44,707 nucleotides of DNA from Candidatus Collierbacteria bacterium GW2011_GWA2_42_17 (GCA_000998275.1 LCDA01000002.1:1-44707); one strand, 5' to 3'. Positions 18,376 through 30,448 are shown, counted from the stretch's first letter. The notes: a model not told the origin generated them from the sequence alone. Numbers and translations: made by a program.

Positions 18376-20135
18376 TAAACTTGAGCTACTCTAATAACTT
18401 CTTCAAGGGAGGTTACTCCATCCAATACCTTCAGGTAACCATCTTGTTTCATAATAATCATGCCGTCTTCTCTGGCTGCGTTTTCGACCGTAGTCGCATC
18501 GGCCCTCTCCATAATCAGTCTGGCAATTTTGTCGGTTACTCGCAACACTTCATAAATACCGATACGTCCATAATATCCCGACCCACCGCACTTATCACAT
18601 CCTGCTCCTTTATAAAGCATAAAGGGGGTGTTATTTTTTTGTGCCTCAGCCGCTTTAATAGGGTTTGATTTAATCCACCCGTCAAGTAACTTTCCCAGTA
18701 CTTCTTGTATATCGGCAGCCACCTCCGCTTCCGGTACATAAGCAGTTTTGCACTTATCACACACCGTACGCAAAACACGCTGACCGATAACTGCCGTCAT
18801 TGAACTAGACAATAAAAATGGCTCTGCTCCCATATCCAAAAGACGAGGAAGGGCTCCGGCGGCTGAGTTTGTATGAACGGTTGAAAACACTAGGTGACCT
18901 GTAAGGGACGCTTGCACTGCCAACTGAGCCGTTTCCTCATCACGAATTTCACCCACCATAATAATGTTCGGGTCTTGGCGAAGAAAAGAGCGCAGTCCGG
19001 AAGCAAATGTCAGACCAGCCTGAGGATTAATCTGAACCTGGTTCACCCCACCAATTTGGTACTCTACCGGATCTTCCAACGCTACAATGTTAACCTTTGG
19101 CGAGTTTACCATGGTCAGAATCGAGTAAAGCGTGGTCGTTTTACCTGAACCCGTAGGACCAGTCGCCAAGATGATACCATGAGGAATTCGTATTGCCTCT
19201 TCTAAGGTAGTTAGGGCTTTCCCACGAAGACCCAACTCCGACAAGGAAGGTACTTTATCGGTTTTCTTCAAAAGACGCATCACGATCTTCTCACCGTTCA
19301 CGGTAGGTAGGGAAGAGATACGTAAATCTACTTCACCCCACTCGGACTGAAAATTAAAACGACCATCCTGTGGAATTCTTTTTTCATCAATTTTCATGCC
19401 GGCCAAAATTTTAATACGGGAAATCAATGAGGCATGATAATCTTTATCCAAGGTTAGTTTCTCCTCAAGAATACCGTCAATACGGTAGCGCACTCTTGTG
19501 ATATTTTCCATTGGCTCGATGTGAATATCCGAAGCTCTTAAACGAATGGCATGTTCCAAAATTTTCCTCACAATTTCAACAATCTTTGGTTCTTTGATGA
19601 TCTGTGAAATAGTGTCTGACGTCACCAAGCGCACACCCTCCTCATCGGTTACTTCCTTGCCTCTCTTCAAAACACTCGAGATCTCCCCAGACAAACTTTG
19701 ACTATATACATTGGCGATTAAGGTATCCAAGTTTTCCTTGGATGTCAGCAATGACTTTATTGTGTAGCCTGTTCTTTTTTGAAAAAAATCAACCGTCGAA
19801 AGCTCTTCCGGCTTCACCATGATCAAGCTCAAGGTTTTGTTCTGTTTATCCAAAGTGTACGGCACCACTTGATAGGTTCTGGCCAAATCCACTGAAATTA
19901 AACCAATCAGATCCGGCTCGACCGAAATTTTGCTCTCCGCAAAATAGGGGATACCCAGTACTTTTGCTTTTGCCTCAGCCAATCCTCGCTCATCCACTAG
20001 CCTCTTTTCGACCAATAGTGTGGTTAGTGATTTTCCTGAAGTTACTGCCTCGATTTTCAAGGTGTCAATCATCGCTTCCGTCAGTTTACCTGTCGAAAGA
20101 AGATAATCCAGTAGGGCAGTTTCCTGATAATCCAT
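18375..20135 (-). CDS. pilB: Pilus assembly ATPase PilB (GspE/PulE family)
   Basis: ASDIHIEP, PQDGR, GPTGSGKTTTLY, LRQDPNIIMVGEIRD, tetracysteine CDKC..CDKC. Confidence 0.95.
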   Translation of the reverse strand: MDYQETALLDYLLSTGKLTEAMIDTLKIEAVTSGKSLTTLLVEKRLVDERGLAEAKAKVLGIPYFAESKISVEPDLIGLISVDLARTYQVVPYTLDKQNKTLSLIMVKPEELSTVDFFQKRTGYTIKSLLTSKENLDTLIANVYSQSLSGEISSVLKRGKEVTDEEGVRLVTSDTISQIIKEPKIVEIVRKILEHAIRLRASDIHIEPMENITRVRYRIDGILEEKLTLDKDYHASLISRIKILAGMKIDEKRIPQDGRFNFQSEWGEVDLRISSLPTVNGEKIVMRLLKKTDKVPSLSELGLRGKALTTLEEAIRIPHGIILATGPTGSGKTTTLYSILTMVNSPKVNIVALEDPVEYQIGGVNQVQINPQAGLTFASGLRSFLRQDPNIIMVGEIRDEETAQLAVQASLTGHLVFSTVHTNSAAGALPRLLDMGAEPFLLSSSMTAVIGQRVLRTVCDKCKTAYVPEAEVAADIQEVLGKLLDGWIKSNPIKAAEAQKNNTPFMLYKGAGCDKCGGSGYYGRIGIYEVLRVTDKIARLIMERADATTVENAAREDGMIIMKQDGYLKVLDGVTSLEEVIRVAQV

Positions 20136-20157
20136 ACCTTAACTATAGCAAATTTAT

Positions 20158-20787
20158 CTATGTCTTAACCAGTTTCCACGAGCTTATTAGAAAATTTCCA
20201 AATGTCAGTTTTACATTCACATTCGTGAAGCGGATTTTAGACAAGGAATCAATCGCAAGTTTCAATATTTTTAATCTATTTTTATTTACCGACTGTTCCA
20301 AACCAAATCTAAGTTTTACTATCACTTCTTCCAAACAATTTTCTACCTCCTCTTTCTCCATCTCGTCCGCAAAAGCTAAACACTTTGCAGGACCCTTGGC
20401 AAAACACTCCAGAATACTTTTCCAATAAACTCCCTCCGTTTCTTTTTTTTTCATTTGATTTACAATCACACAGCGAGAAAGTATTGTTGGCAAAAGACCA
20501 TTCTCATTTCCGGCCACAAGGAATAAACACATCGACTCACTCGATTCCTCCAGTGGTTTCAAAAGAACGGCCTGACACTCGGGTGAAAGTTTATCTGCAT
20601 CCCAAATAACTAAACTCATTCCGATAGATCCGGTAGAAACATTTCTTCCAAAGTTGATAAAACGTCGCAAATCGTCTATCTTACCTTCACTACCTTCATA
20701 GCCCATCGTCGAAACAATAGACAAACCCAAAGAAGAAAGCAATGTCTCCCGTTCGTACGTGCCGGCCACTATAATCTTTGGTAACAT
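20158..20787 (-). CDS. Short DNA polymerase III delta-prime-like (HolB-like) protein
   Basis: ADKLSPECQAVLLKPLEE and LLPTILSRC motifs; start set at ATG 20787, 6 nt after TACAAT. Confidence 0.7.
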   Translation of the reverse strand: MLPKIIVAGTYERETLLSSLGLSIVSTMGYEGSEGKIDDLRRFINFGRNVSTGSIGMSLVIWDADKLSPECQAVLLKPLEESSESMCLFLVAGNENGLLPTILSRCVIVNQMKKKETEGVYWKSILECFAKGPAKCLAFADEMEKEEVENCLEEVIVKLRFGLEQSVNKNRLKILKLAIDSLSKIRFTNVNVKLTFGNFLISSWKLVKT

Positions 20788-20864
20788 TAGCTTATTGTAC
20801 AAACAGATGTACTTGATGTGTTAGTGGTTAACCATTAAAATGAACCCGCAGCGCTAAAACTTAA

Positions 20865-22850
<1,986 letters not shown>

Positions 22851-22852
22851 TT

Positions 22853-23389
22853 ATGAACCTACTTCACTCAATTAAAGCGCATAAAACAGACTCTTTGATC
22901 AATGTTGTTATCGAGATTCCTAGTGGCTCTCAATCAAAAATTGAATACGATACCGACAAAGAAGAGTTCGTCGTCGATAGAATTTTATCTACAAAACTTT
23001 CCTTTCCTTTTAATTATGGTTTTGTACCAGAAACGTGGAGTAACGATAACGACCCTTTGGATGCAGTTGTCCTAAGTTCGAAGCCCCAAAATACAGGTGC
23101 CGTCATCGAATCAAGAATTATCGGTTTATTAGCCACCAAAGACGAGAAGGGTACTGATGCCAAACTAATCACCGTCCCAAGCTCCGAGACAAATCCTATA
23201 TTTACCAAGATTAATACCATTGAAGATCTTGACGAACAAACACTCAACAACATTCAATATTTCTACAAAAACTATAAAATAATTGAGCCGGGAAAATGGG
23301 TAGACATCGATGGTTATGCTTCCAAAGAAGAAGCCGAGTCAAAACTTAAAATAGCTATTGAGGAATACCATCAACATTTTCAAAAATAA
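22853..23389 (+). CDS. ppa: Family I inorganic pyrophosphatase
   Basis: VIEIPSGS.SKIEYD, NYGFVPET, DNDPLD, DAKL, YK..EPGKW. Confidence 0.93.
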   Translation: MNLLHSIKAHKTDSLINVVIEIPSGSQSKIEYDTDKEEFVVDRILSTKLSFPFNYGFVPETWSNDNDPLDAVVLSSKPQNTGAVIESRIIGLLATKDEKGTDAKLITVPSSETNPIFTKINTIEDLDEQTLNNIQYFYKNYKIIEPGKWVDIDGYASKEEAESKLKIAIEEYHQHFQK

Positions 23390-23392
23390 AAT

Positions 23393-26041
23393 ATGGAAGA
23401 CCAAAACGAAGAAAACCAAACAAATAATACTGTCGTCTCCTCCGACGATCAAATTACTCCCGTCGTAATAGAAGACAAAAATACAGAGTGGGGCATCATA
23501 AAAAATGCTCCCATCGTCGAAGAAATGGAGCGCAGTTATCTAGACTACGCCATGTCCGTTATTGTTTCCCGTGCTCTTCCGGACATTCGTGACGGTTTAA
23601 AACCAGTTCATCGCCGTATCCTTTTTGCCATGAGAGATATGGGCATTACTCATAAAAGTGCCTACAAAAAATCAGCTCGTATTGTCGGTGAAGTACTAGG
23701 CAAATATCATCCACATGGTGACACTGCCGTTTACCAAACAATGGTTCGTTTGGCTCAAGACTTTTCCATGCGTTATCCCTTAGTCGATGGCCAAGGAAAC
23801 TTTGGTAGCATTGATGGCGACTCTGCTGCCGCTATGCGTTACACCGAAGCTCGTCTCTCCAAGATTGCTAGTGAACTTCTCGAAGACATCGACAAAAACA
23901 CGGTTGATTTTGTTGATAATTTTGATGGCTCACAACAAGAACCCCTTGTCCTTCCAGCCAAACTTCCCAATCTCTTGCTCATGGGCTCGGATGGTATCGC
24001 TGTTGGTATGGCCACCAAAATTCCTCCGCACAATTTACTTGAAGTTGTAAGCGCCATCAACGCCTTGATAGATAAAAGCAAAGTCTCCACAACAACTCCA
24101 GTTGAAGATGACAATCTCCACACAACAAGTTATAAAAATCTCATTGGCACTCTGGAATCCGACATTGAAATAGACGAGCTGTGTCAGCACATCAAAGGAC
24201 CGGACTTTCCAACTTCCGGTATCATCTACGACACTAAAGAAATCAAAAAAATGTATGACACTGGTAAAGCCAGTATCACCGTTAGGGGAGTGGCCGAGAT
24301 AGTTGAAAAGAAAAATGGTCGTTTCCAAATCCTCATTACTGAGCTGCCATACCAAGTAAACAAAGCTAAATTAATTACCGATATTGCCGAGCTAGTCAAA
24401 AAGAAAAGGGTCGATGGCATCTCCGATCTTCGTGACGAATCCGATAGAAAAGGTATGACTGTTGCCGTCGATCTCAAAAAAGACGCCAAGCCCAAGAGTG
24501 TTCTCAATAATCTCTACAAATACACTGAGTTGCAAACCAGTTTCCCTGCCAATGTTGTCGCTTTGACTTCTGATGGTACTCCACATCTTCTAAATCTCAA
24601 GCAAATTCTTATGGAGTTCACCGCTCACCGTCAAATGGTTGTTGTTCGCCGTTCTCAGTTTGAGTTAAAGTCCGCCAAAGACCGTGCCCATATTTTGAAA
24701 GGCTTGCTCATCGCCCTAGCCAACATCGATGACGTCATTGAAACAATTAAAAAGAGTCCCGACTCAGACACTGCTAGAACAAACCTAATGACAAAGTTTG
24801 GTCTTGACGAAATTCAGGCCAACGCCATCTTGGAAATGCAGCTTCGCCGCTTGGCCGCTCTCGAACGCCAAAAAATTGAGGCCGAGTACCAAGAACTCAT
24901 GAAAACGATTGAAAAATTAGTCGCCGTTCTCAAGGATCCCAAAAAAGTCTTCCAGATCATTAAAGATGAACTCATTAAACTAGCCCTAGACTATCCAGAG
25001 AAGAGAAGAACTAAGATTGTCGCTACGGCACCCGGTTCTCTCTCCGAGGAAGATCTCATTCCTTCCGAAGAAACTATCGTTACCCTTACCAAATCCGGAT
25101 ATATCAAACGCATGCCACTTTCTACTTTCCGAACTCAGAAAAGGGGGGGAAAGGGGGTTTCCGGAATGACCATCAAAGACACCGATGAGATTCAGCTTTT
25201 AACCAACGCCAATACTCACGACCGACTTCTAGTCTTTACCAGCAAAGGAAAAGTATTTGCCCTTAAAGTCTGGGAACTACCCGAAGGCAGTCGTATCAGC
25301 AAAGGACAAGCCATTATCAATCTTATAAACATCGAGACTGACGAAACCATCAAGAGTATTCTGCCAATGCCCAGACAGGTCGAGAAAAATCGTTTCCTTT
25401 TCTTCACTACCAAAGCTGGCGTCGTCAAACGGACAGCTCTTCTCAAATATGAAAATATTAAAAGTAATGGACTAATTGCTATTAAGCTCCAAAACGATGA
25501 CAACTTGGTCTGGGTAAATCAAACCTCCGGTTCCGACCATATACTACTTGTTTCCAAGGATGGCAAGTCGATTCGTTTCCACGAATCTGATGTCCGCCCA
25601 ACCGACAGAGACACTCAGGGTGTCAGAGGTATTTTACTGAAGAACGACGACTATGTTATCTCTATGGACGTTTTCGGACCGGAAGAACCAGTATCTACAG
25701 ATAAACGTGTCAAGCTGTTCAGAGACCTTCTCATCGTCACCGAAAAAGGAATGGGTAAACGCACTCCGCTTCCTGAATACCCTGTGCAAAATCGTTCCGG
25801 TCAAGGACTTAAAGTATGTGAGACAACAGACAAAACAGGTAAGCTTGCCGGTGCACTTCTGGTCGACCAAGACTCCGAAGTACTACTAATCACCACCTCT
25901 CAGGGTCAAGCTATCAAACTCCCTATAAAAAATATCCCCAGACTCGGTCGAGCCACCCAAGGGGTTATTCTTATGCGCTTTGCTAAAGATGGGGACTCTG
26001 TAGCTGCCGTGACCACCGTATCCGACTCCGAAGGGGAATAG
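23393..26041 (+). CDS. gyrA: DNA gyrase subunit A
   Basis: [22 protein letters not shown]; GyrA-box QKRGGKG. Confidence 0.97.
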   Translation: MEDQNEENQTNNTVVSSDDQITPVVIEDKNTEWGIIKNAPIVEEMERSYLDYAMSVIVSRALPDIRDGLKPVHRRILFAMRDMGITHKSAYKKSARIVGEVLGKYHPHGDTAVYQTMVRLAQDFSMRYPLVDGQGNFGSIDGDSAAAMRYTEARLSKIASELLEDIDKNTVDFVDNFDGSQQEPLVLPAKLPNLLLMGSDGIAVGMATKIPPHNLLEVVSAINALIDKSKVSTTTPVEDDNLHTTSYKNLIGTLESDIEIDELCQHIKGPDFPTSGIIYDTKEIKKMYDTGKASITVRGVAEIVEKKNGRFQILITELPYQVNKAKLITDIAELVKKKRVDGISDLRDESDRKGMTVAVDLKKDAKPKSVLNNLYKYTELQTSFPANVVALTSDGTPHLLNLKQILMEFTAHRQMVVVRRSQFELKSAKDRAHILKGLLIALANIDDVIETIKKSPDSDTARTNLMTKFGLDEIQANAILEMQLRRLAALERQKIEAEYQELMKTIEKLVAVLKDPKKVFQIIKDELIKLALDYPEKRRTKIVATAPGSLSEEDLIPSEETIVTLTKSGYIKRMPLSTFRTQKRGGKGVSGMTIKDTDEIQLLTNANTHDRLLVFTSKGKVFALKVWELPEGSRISKGQAIINLINIETDETIKSILPMPRQVEKNRFLFFTTKAGVVKRTALLKYENIKSNGLIAIKLQNDDNLVWVNQTSGSDHILLVSKDGKSIRFHESDVRPTDRDTQGVRGILLKNDDYVISMDVFGPEEPVSTDKRVKLFRDLLIVTEKGMGKRTPLPEYPVQNRSGQGLKVCETTDKTGKLAGALLVDQDSEVLLITTSQGQAIKLPIKNIPRLGRATQGVILMRFAKDGDSVAAVTTVSDSEGE

Positions 26042-26074
26042 TCACACCCGTACGTCCAGGCCTATATCCTATAG

Positions 26075-26103
26075 TTGATATTTTCGTGGTTAAATGCTAT
26101 AAT
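26075..26103 (+). promoter_or_regulatory. Sigma70-type promoter TTGATA-N17-TATAAT (with TG extension)
   Basis: Direct read; SD GGAGGAG at 26137-26143. Confidence 0.75.
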
Positions 26104-26145
26104 CTTCAACGTACTTTCAATCTATAGACAAGACATGGAGGAGCC

Positions 26146-26379
26146 ATGGAAAAGAAGAAAATGCCGGTTATTGAAAACGGTTTTTTTGTCATAATCCCGG
26201 TAGGGGTGCAGGGTGGTGTTTACGAAAACGCCACACTCCTTACCAACCTTCTCAATAAATGGTGCGAGGAAAATCCGGGGAAAAAGATTGTTGGAAACCC
26301 AAATTTCCACATTACTCCGTCATCCGGCGGAAGAAACATCTCAATTGACTCCATCTCTTTCTCATTCACCTGGAAGTGA
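26146..26379 (+). CDS. Small hypothetical protein (77 aa), possibly Cse60/DUF2758-like
   Basis: Own promoter, strong SD and terminator. Confidence 0.7.
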   Translation: MEKKKMPVIENGFFVIIPVGVQGGVYENATLLTNLLNKWCEENPGKKIVGNPNFHITPSSGGRNISIDSISFSFTWK

Positions 26380-26385
26380 TTTCCC

Positions 26386-26410
26386 AAGTCCCGCATCGCG
26401 GGACTTTTTT
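26386..26410 (+). terminator. Intrinsic terminator
   Basis: AAGTCCCGC-atc-GCGGGACTT followed by T-run. Confidence 0.85.
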
Positions 26411-26435
26411 GTAACTAATTTATCTACTAATTATT

Positions 26436-28022
26436 CTACTGATCAAACTCTTTTCCTCTTCCTGAAACCGGAGTCGCGCTCACCGTCGCCGTTTGAGAAA
26501 CTGCTCCAAGCCGAAGAGCCAACAGGGTGGGTTCCTTACCCATACCAACTGGGAAAATTATGGTATCGCCCTTAACTGCTGGCCACCCATTAATACCACC
26601 ACTGGCTTGATACTCCCAAACTTTTTTTCCAGACACTTTATCAAAGGCATAAATTTTTCCATCTAAGGTGGAAGTAAAAACAAGATTATTTACCACGGTA
26701 GCCGCACCCACATTCATCGACAAGAAGTCATACTTCCAAATAATTTTTCCGTCTGTGACATCAAGAGCCACCAACTCTCCCTTAGCCTTACCAAGATCAA
26801 AAGACTTGGCTACAAACTCGGTCGGGGTGTACTGTACTTCCATGTTGACAACCGGCACATAAACAACCCCCTCGGAATATGCCATATTGGTTTCCACCCC
26901 TCCCAAAGGTCCGGGGGAAACTCTCGTCACCCCACCTGGTAAAACCTTTAAGGTATCGTTTAAGTGAGTCCCAACACTTGTCTCCCAAATCTTATCTCCA
27001 GTATTTTTATCAAAGGCATACACCTTACCCATCTTTCCCGCTCCAACAATAATATCTCTAATTTTCCCATTGGCCTTCATAGTTGATAGAATAGGGGAGA
27101 TCTGAAAATCATAGTCAAATAAATCATGGGGTAGAACTTGGTTATACCAAAGAAGTTTCCCTGTTTTCTGCTCCAGAGCAACGATACTATTGGTATACAA
27201 ATTCTTACCCAAACGACTAGTTCCGTTAGGGAACTCTGCCGTTCCCGGCCAGGGAGCCGGATTCCCAATTCCCCAGTACATAATATTCCTTGTGGTATCA
27301 ATAGCTGGAGGGTACCATGCTCCACCACCGCTATTTACTTCAATATTTCCCCAAATATCCTTGCTGTCTACTGTATCAAAACTCCATAAAATTTTACCTG
27401 TTTTCTGATCCAACGCATAAATAATCCCGGTAGATCCACCTTTGTAAAAGTTTTCGTTACTTACACCCGGAACTGTTGATACATAAACCATGCCCTTATA
27501 CGCCGTTGTCTGTATATCAATACCGCTGTTTGGATTATCGGACAAAGTTGTTGTCCAAAGTTCCTCACCTTGTAAATTTAAACCAACAACGCCATAACGT
27601 CCTTTAACTGCAAAAATCATTCCGGAATCAAAAGATACACCGTTTGGCCCAGCGTTGTCCAGGTTATACTCTTTCATCCAAATCTGTTTCCCGGTCTTAA
27701 AATCCACTGCGTATACGTTACTCTTCAAATCCTGAAAATACACCACGTTCCCGATAATCAGTGGATTGGTTGCCATCGCCCCCCATTCACTTACTCCTTC
27801 AACAGGTAAAGACCAAGCCACTCCAAGACTAGAGACGTTATCCACAACAATCCCAGAATTTACTGCCTCTCTCGTATTGGATAAATTTTGATTCGCGCTT
27901 GGCCAATCACCAACGGTACTTTTTATTCCCCAAGTAAAGAAACTATATACTCCCAAAAGAATAGCCACCAATAACAACACAATAGTATTTCCTTTTTTAG
28001 AACTCACCTTCTTAGTTATCAC
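26436..28022 (-). CDS. Membrane-anchored PQQ-dependent dehydrogenase-like beta-propeller protein
   Basis: Repeated A.D..TGK..W blades; GGGAWYPPAID, GIGNPAPW, NLYTNSIVAL, PHDLFDYD; start uncertain (GTG 28022 or 28049). Confidence 0.85.
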   Translation of the reverse strand: MITKKVSSKKGNTIVLLLVAILLGVYSFFTWGIKSTVGDWPSANQNLSNTREAVNSGIVVDNVSSLGVAWSLPVEGVSEWGAMATNPLIIGNVVYFQDLKSNVYAVDFKTGKQIWMKEYNLDNAGPNGVSFDSGMIFAVKGRYGVVGLNLQGEELWTTTLSDNPNSGIDIQTTAYKGMVYVSTVPGVSNENFYKGGSTGIIYALDQKTGKILWSFDTVDSKDIWGNIEVNSGGGAWYPPAIDTTRNIMYWGIGNPAPWPGTAEFPNGTSRLGKNLYTNSIVALEQKTGKLLWYNQVLPHDLFDYDFQISPILSTMKANGKIRDIIVGAGKMGKVYAFDKNTGDKIWETSVGTHLNDTLKVLPGGVTRVSPGPLGGVETNMAYSEGVVYVPVVNMEVQYTPTEFVAKSFDLGKAKGELVALDVTDGKIIWKYDFLSMNVGAATVVNNLVFTSTLDGKIYAFDKVSGKKVWEYQASGGINGWPAVKGDTIIFPVGMGKEPTLLALRLGAVSQTATVSATPVSGRGKEFDQ

Positions 28023-28023
28023 G

Positions 28024-28422
28024 TTATTTAGTGACAATGATAGTCGCACGCATAAAAGGATGGATTGAACATATATATGTATATGTTCCTTCTTTTGTAA
28101 AGGTAAAACTATATCTTTGGCCTGTCGCCATTTTTGGGCTTACAAAAGTTCCATCATCGCTTACCACATCATGAAGATAACTTTCCTGATTTACCCAAGT
28201 AACCGTTTCACCCACTTTTATAGTCATCGTCTCAGGGACAAATGTATTTTGTCTAATCAATACTTCGCCCACAGCCGGCACCGTTGGAGTAATAACGGTT
28301 TCCACTACCTGAGGTGATACCTCGTTCGGCCTAGGGTACATTTTTATATACCAATACCAACCGACAATCATCAATATTAAAATAACTACCGCAAACATCA
28401 AACCGTCTTTTCTTACCGCCAT
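28024..28422 (-). CDS. Membrane-anchored cupredoxin (plastocyanin/amicyanin-like)
   Basis: TM; GETVTWVN..HDV; YICSIHPFM (His, Cys, His, Met type-1 Cu ligands). Confidence 0.9.
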   Translation of the reverse strand: MAVRKDGLMFAVVILILMIVGWYWYIKMYPRPNEVSPQVVETVITPTVPAVGEVLIRQNTFVPETMTIKVGETVTWVNQESYLHDVVSDDGTFVSPKMATGQRYSFTFTKEGTYTYICSIHPFMRATIIVTK

Positions 28423-28511
28423 ATATTTTTGTTATTTATTAATGTTGTCCAATATAATAATAACACCATTTTTGTAATATTTTGTAAGAATTCTTATACT
28501 TTCTCGAGTGA

Positions 28512-29459
28512 CTACTTCAAATATTTATCGTGAATCTGTTTCAGTTGAGGGTTAGTTACATGAGTGTATATCTGAGTCGTAGCCACATTTTTATGACCTA
28601 ACATTTCTTGAACGCTTCGCAAATCCGCACCCTGTTGAAGTAAGGTAGTGGCAAATGAGTGTCGTAAAATATGAGGGCTTACTTTGATAGGCAAGCCAGC
28701 CATTCGTCGATATTTCTCTACAATTCGCTGAACCCCTCTAATCGACAATCTAGCTCTTTCACCACCCATTCCCGGATCCCACTCACCATTTTTCGGAATT
28801 CTAATCCAAAGTGCTCTGTATGGATCCGTTCTTGTTGAAAGGTATTTATCCAGCCATCCCGCACATCGATCTGTCAAAAACACCACTCGAGCCCGTCTTC
28901 CTTTTCCGATTATTCCAAATTCTCTCTGTTTCAAATCAATCTTATCAATATCCAACTTGGCGAGTTCGGACACACGTAACCCTGTACTAAATAGTACTTC
29001 CAGTATCGCCCTATCTCGCAACCCGGCCATGGTTGAGGTGTCCGGAGACGTCAGCAACCGCTCCACCTGATCTCTGTCTAAAAATTTAATTTGATGCTCT
29101 TCACCTTTGGGTAAATCCACTTTCTCCGGAGACAAGGTCTTGATACCTTTTTTTGCGCAATATTTTAGAAAAGCACGTAAGGCGATCACGTAATAAGCCT
29201 GAGTAGTAGGGGATAACCGTTTTCCATGAATATCCTCGAAACGGGCTAAATACAATCTATATCTACGTACCATCTCGCTCGTCAATTTCTCAATGTATTC
29301 TTGAGCATAATGTTTTTCAAACCAATCGCGAAACATCTTAAGATAGTGGGAGTAGTTACGGATGGTGAACTTACTATAGTTCTTTTCCACTTCGATATAG
29401 CTCAGATACCTTCTGATATGAACTCTCAAAGTAAGATCCGGAGCCTGTTTCTTAGCCAT
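28512..29459 (-). CDS. XerC/XerD-family tyrosine recombinase
   Basis: N-terminal SAM-like domain; TGLRVSEL, GKG, HILRHSFAT, LGH, TQIYTH. Confidence 0.93.
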   Translation of the reverse strand: MAKKQAPDLTLRVHIRRYLSYIEVEKNYSKFTIRNYSHYLKMFRDWFEKHYAQEYIEKLTSEMVRRYRLYLARFEDIHGKRLSPTTQAYYVIALRAFLKYCAKKGIKTLSPEKVDLPKGEEHQIKFLDRDQVERLLTSPDTSTMAGLRDRAILEVLFSTGLRVSELAKLDIDKIDLKQREFGIIGKGRRARVVFLTDRCAGWLDKYLSTRTDPYRALWIRIPKNGEWDPGMGGERARLSIRGVQRIVEKYRRMAGLPIKVSPHILRHSFATTLLQQGADLRSVQEMLGHKNVATTQIYTHVTNPQLKQIHDKYLK

Positions 29460-29478
29460 CTTCTTTCATCATATCAAA

Positions 29479-29493
29479 TTATTGTGCGACATA
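29479..29493. promoter_or_regulatory. Half copy of the dif-like site in the xer promoter region
   Basis: TTATTGTGCGAC identical to 30952-30963 (14/15 when extended). Confidence 0.6.
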
Positions 29494-29575
29494 AACTTCA
29501 ATACTTGATTTCTATAAAAAAATGAATACAATATAGGGCAATCGCACCTTAACACCACGCTTCAGAGGAGGAGTC

Positions 29576-30214
29576 ATGGTCTTTCAATTTCTACTATTGG
29601 GTATTCCTGTTTCTGTACACTGGACTACCATTTTTCTGTTTCTTATAATCTTTTGCGACTCTTTTTTATATCTAAGAATGAACCTAAAGGGGAAGAGTAC
29701 CAGAGGATACATTATCGCCGGCATCTTTTCCGTGGTTTTGATTATTCTATCTGTTCTAGTTCACGAAACCGGACACGCTGTTGTAGCTGGAAGTTACGGA
29801 TTTAAAATGACAAGTGCTGGAATTAATGGGGCTTTTGCCTATGTTTCGAACGGATTCAGCATGAACACCATCGAACCATACAAAGAGTTTTTGATAGCTC
29901 TGGCCGGACCAGCCTCAAACTTTTTGCTCGCCTTGCTTGGTGTTCCATTTATATATTTACTCGGACGCTCTCTACCCGAGAGTACTATCCGGTACTTTAC
30001 GATTGTGAACATCAGACTGGGAAGAATAAACCTTTGGCCGGTAGCTTTACTTGATGGCGGTCGGATTCTAAACTCTATTATTCGTTACACCGCCGGTACT
30101 GCCAATTGGACAAGCTACATTCCCTACCTAGTCTCGGTAATCTTTATCATATACATATTCAGCAAGAAAAGGGGGCATTTCGAACTCGAACATCTCATCG
30201 AAAAAATACCCTAA
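29576..30214 (+). CDS. M50-family (site-2/SpoIVFB-like) membrane metalloprotease
   Basis: HETGH (HExxH), IALAGPASN, NLWPVALLDGGR; SD GAGGAGGAG 29565-29573. Confidence 0.88.
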   Translation: MVFQFLLLGIPVSVHWTTIFLFLIIFCDSFLYLRMNLKGKSTRGYIIAGIFSVVLIILSVLVHETGHAVVAGSYGFKMTSAGINGAFAYVSNGFSMNTIEPYKEFLIALAGPASNFLLALLGVPFIYLLGRSLPESTIRYFTIVNIRLGRINLWPVALLDGGRILNSIIRYTAGTANWTSYIPYLVSVIFIIYIFSKKRGHFELEHLIEKIP

Positions 30215-30232
30215 ACAAGCACGCATCTTCTT

Positions 30233-30260
30233 ACACCCTGGAAACAGGGTGTTTTTATTT
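30233..30260 (+). terminator. Intrinsic terminator
   Basis: ACACCCTG-GAAA-CAGGGTGT followed by T-rich tail. Confidence 0.85.
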
Positions 30261-30275
30261 ATCAATACCTTTGTA

Positions 30276-30303
30276 TGTAATGGGTGTGTAATGGGTGTGT
30301 AAT
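30276..30303. repeat. Tandem 11-bp repeat (TGTAATGGGTG x2.5)
   Basis: TGTAATGGGTG TGTAATGGGTG TGTAAT. Confidence 0.85.
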
Positions 30304-30320
30304 AGAATAGTCAATCTCAG

Positions 30321-30345
30321 TCCCCGCAAAATAGCGGGGATTTTT
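30321..30345 (+). terminator. Second terminator-like hairpin
   Basis: TCCCCGC-aaaata-GCGGGGA-TTTTT. Confidence 0.7.
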
Positions 30346-30448
30346 ATTATTTCGAAATAAAAAAGTAAAAATATTTTCACACCGTGGAAAATAGGGGATA
30401 AGAAGTAGGGGAGACTTAAAACAATTTTTCAATAACATCATCAAAAAG

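Noticed and set aside
30276-30303. Possible CRISPR array
   Set aside because: Only 2.5 contiguous 11-bp units with no spacers; no cas genes in the window
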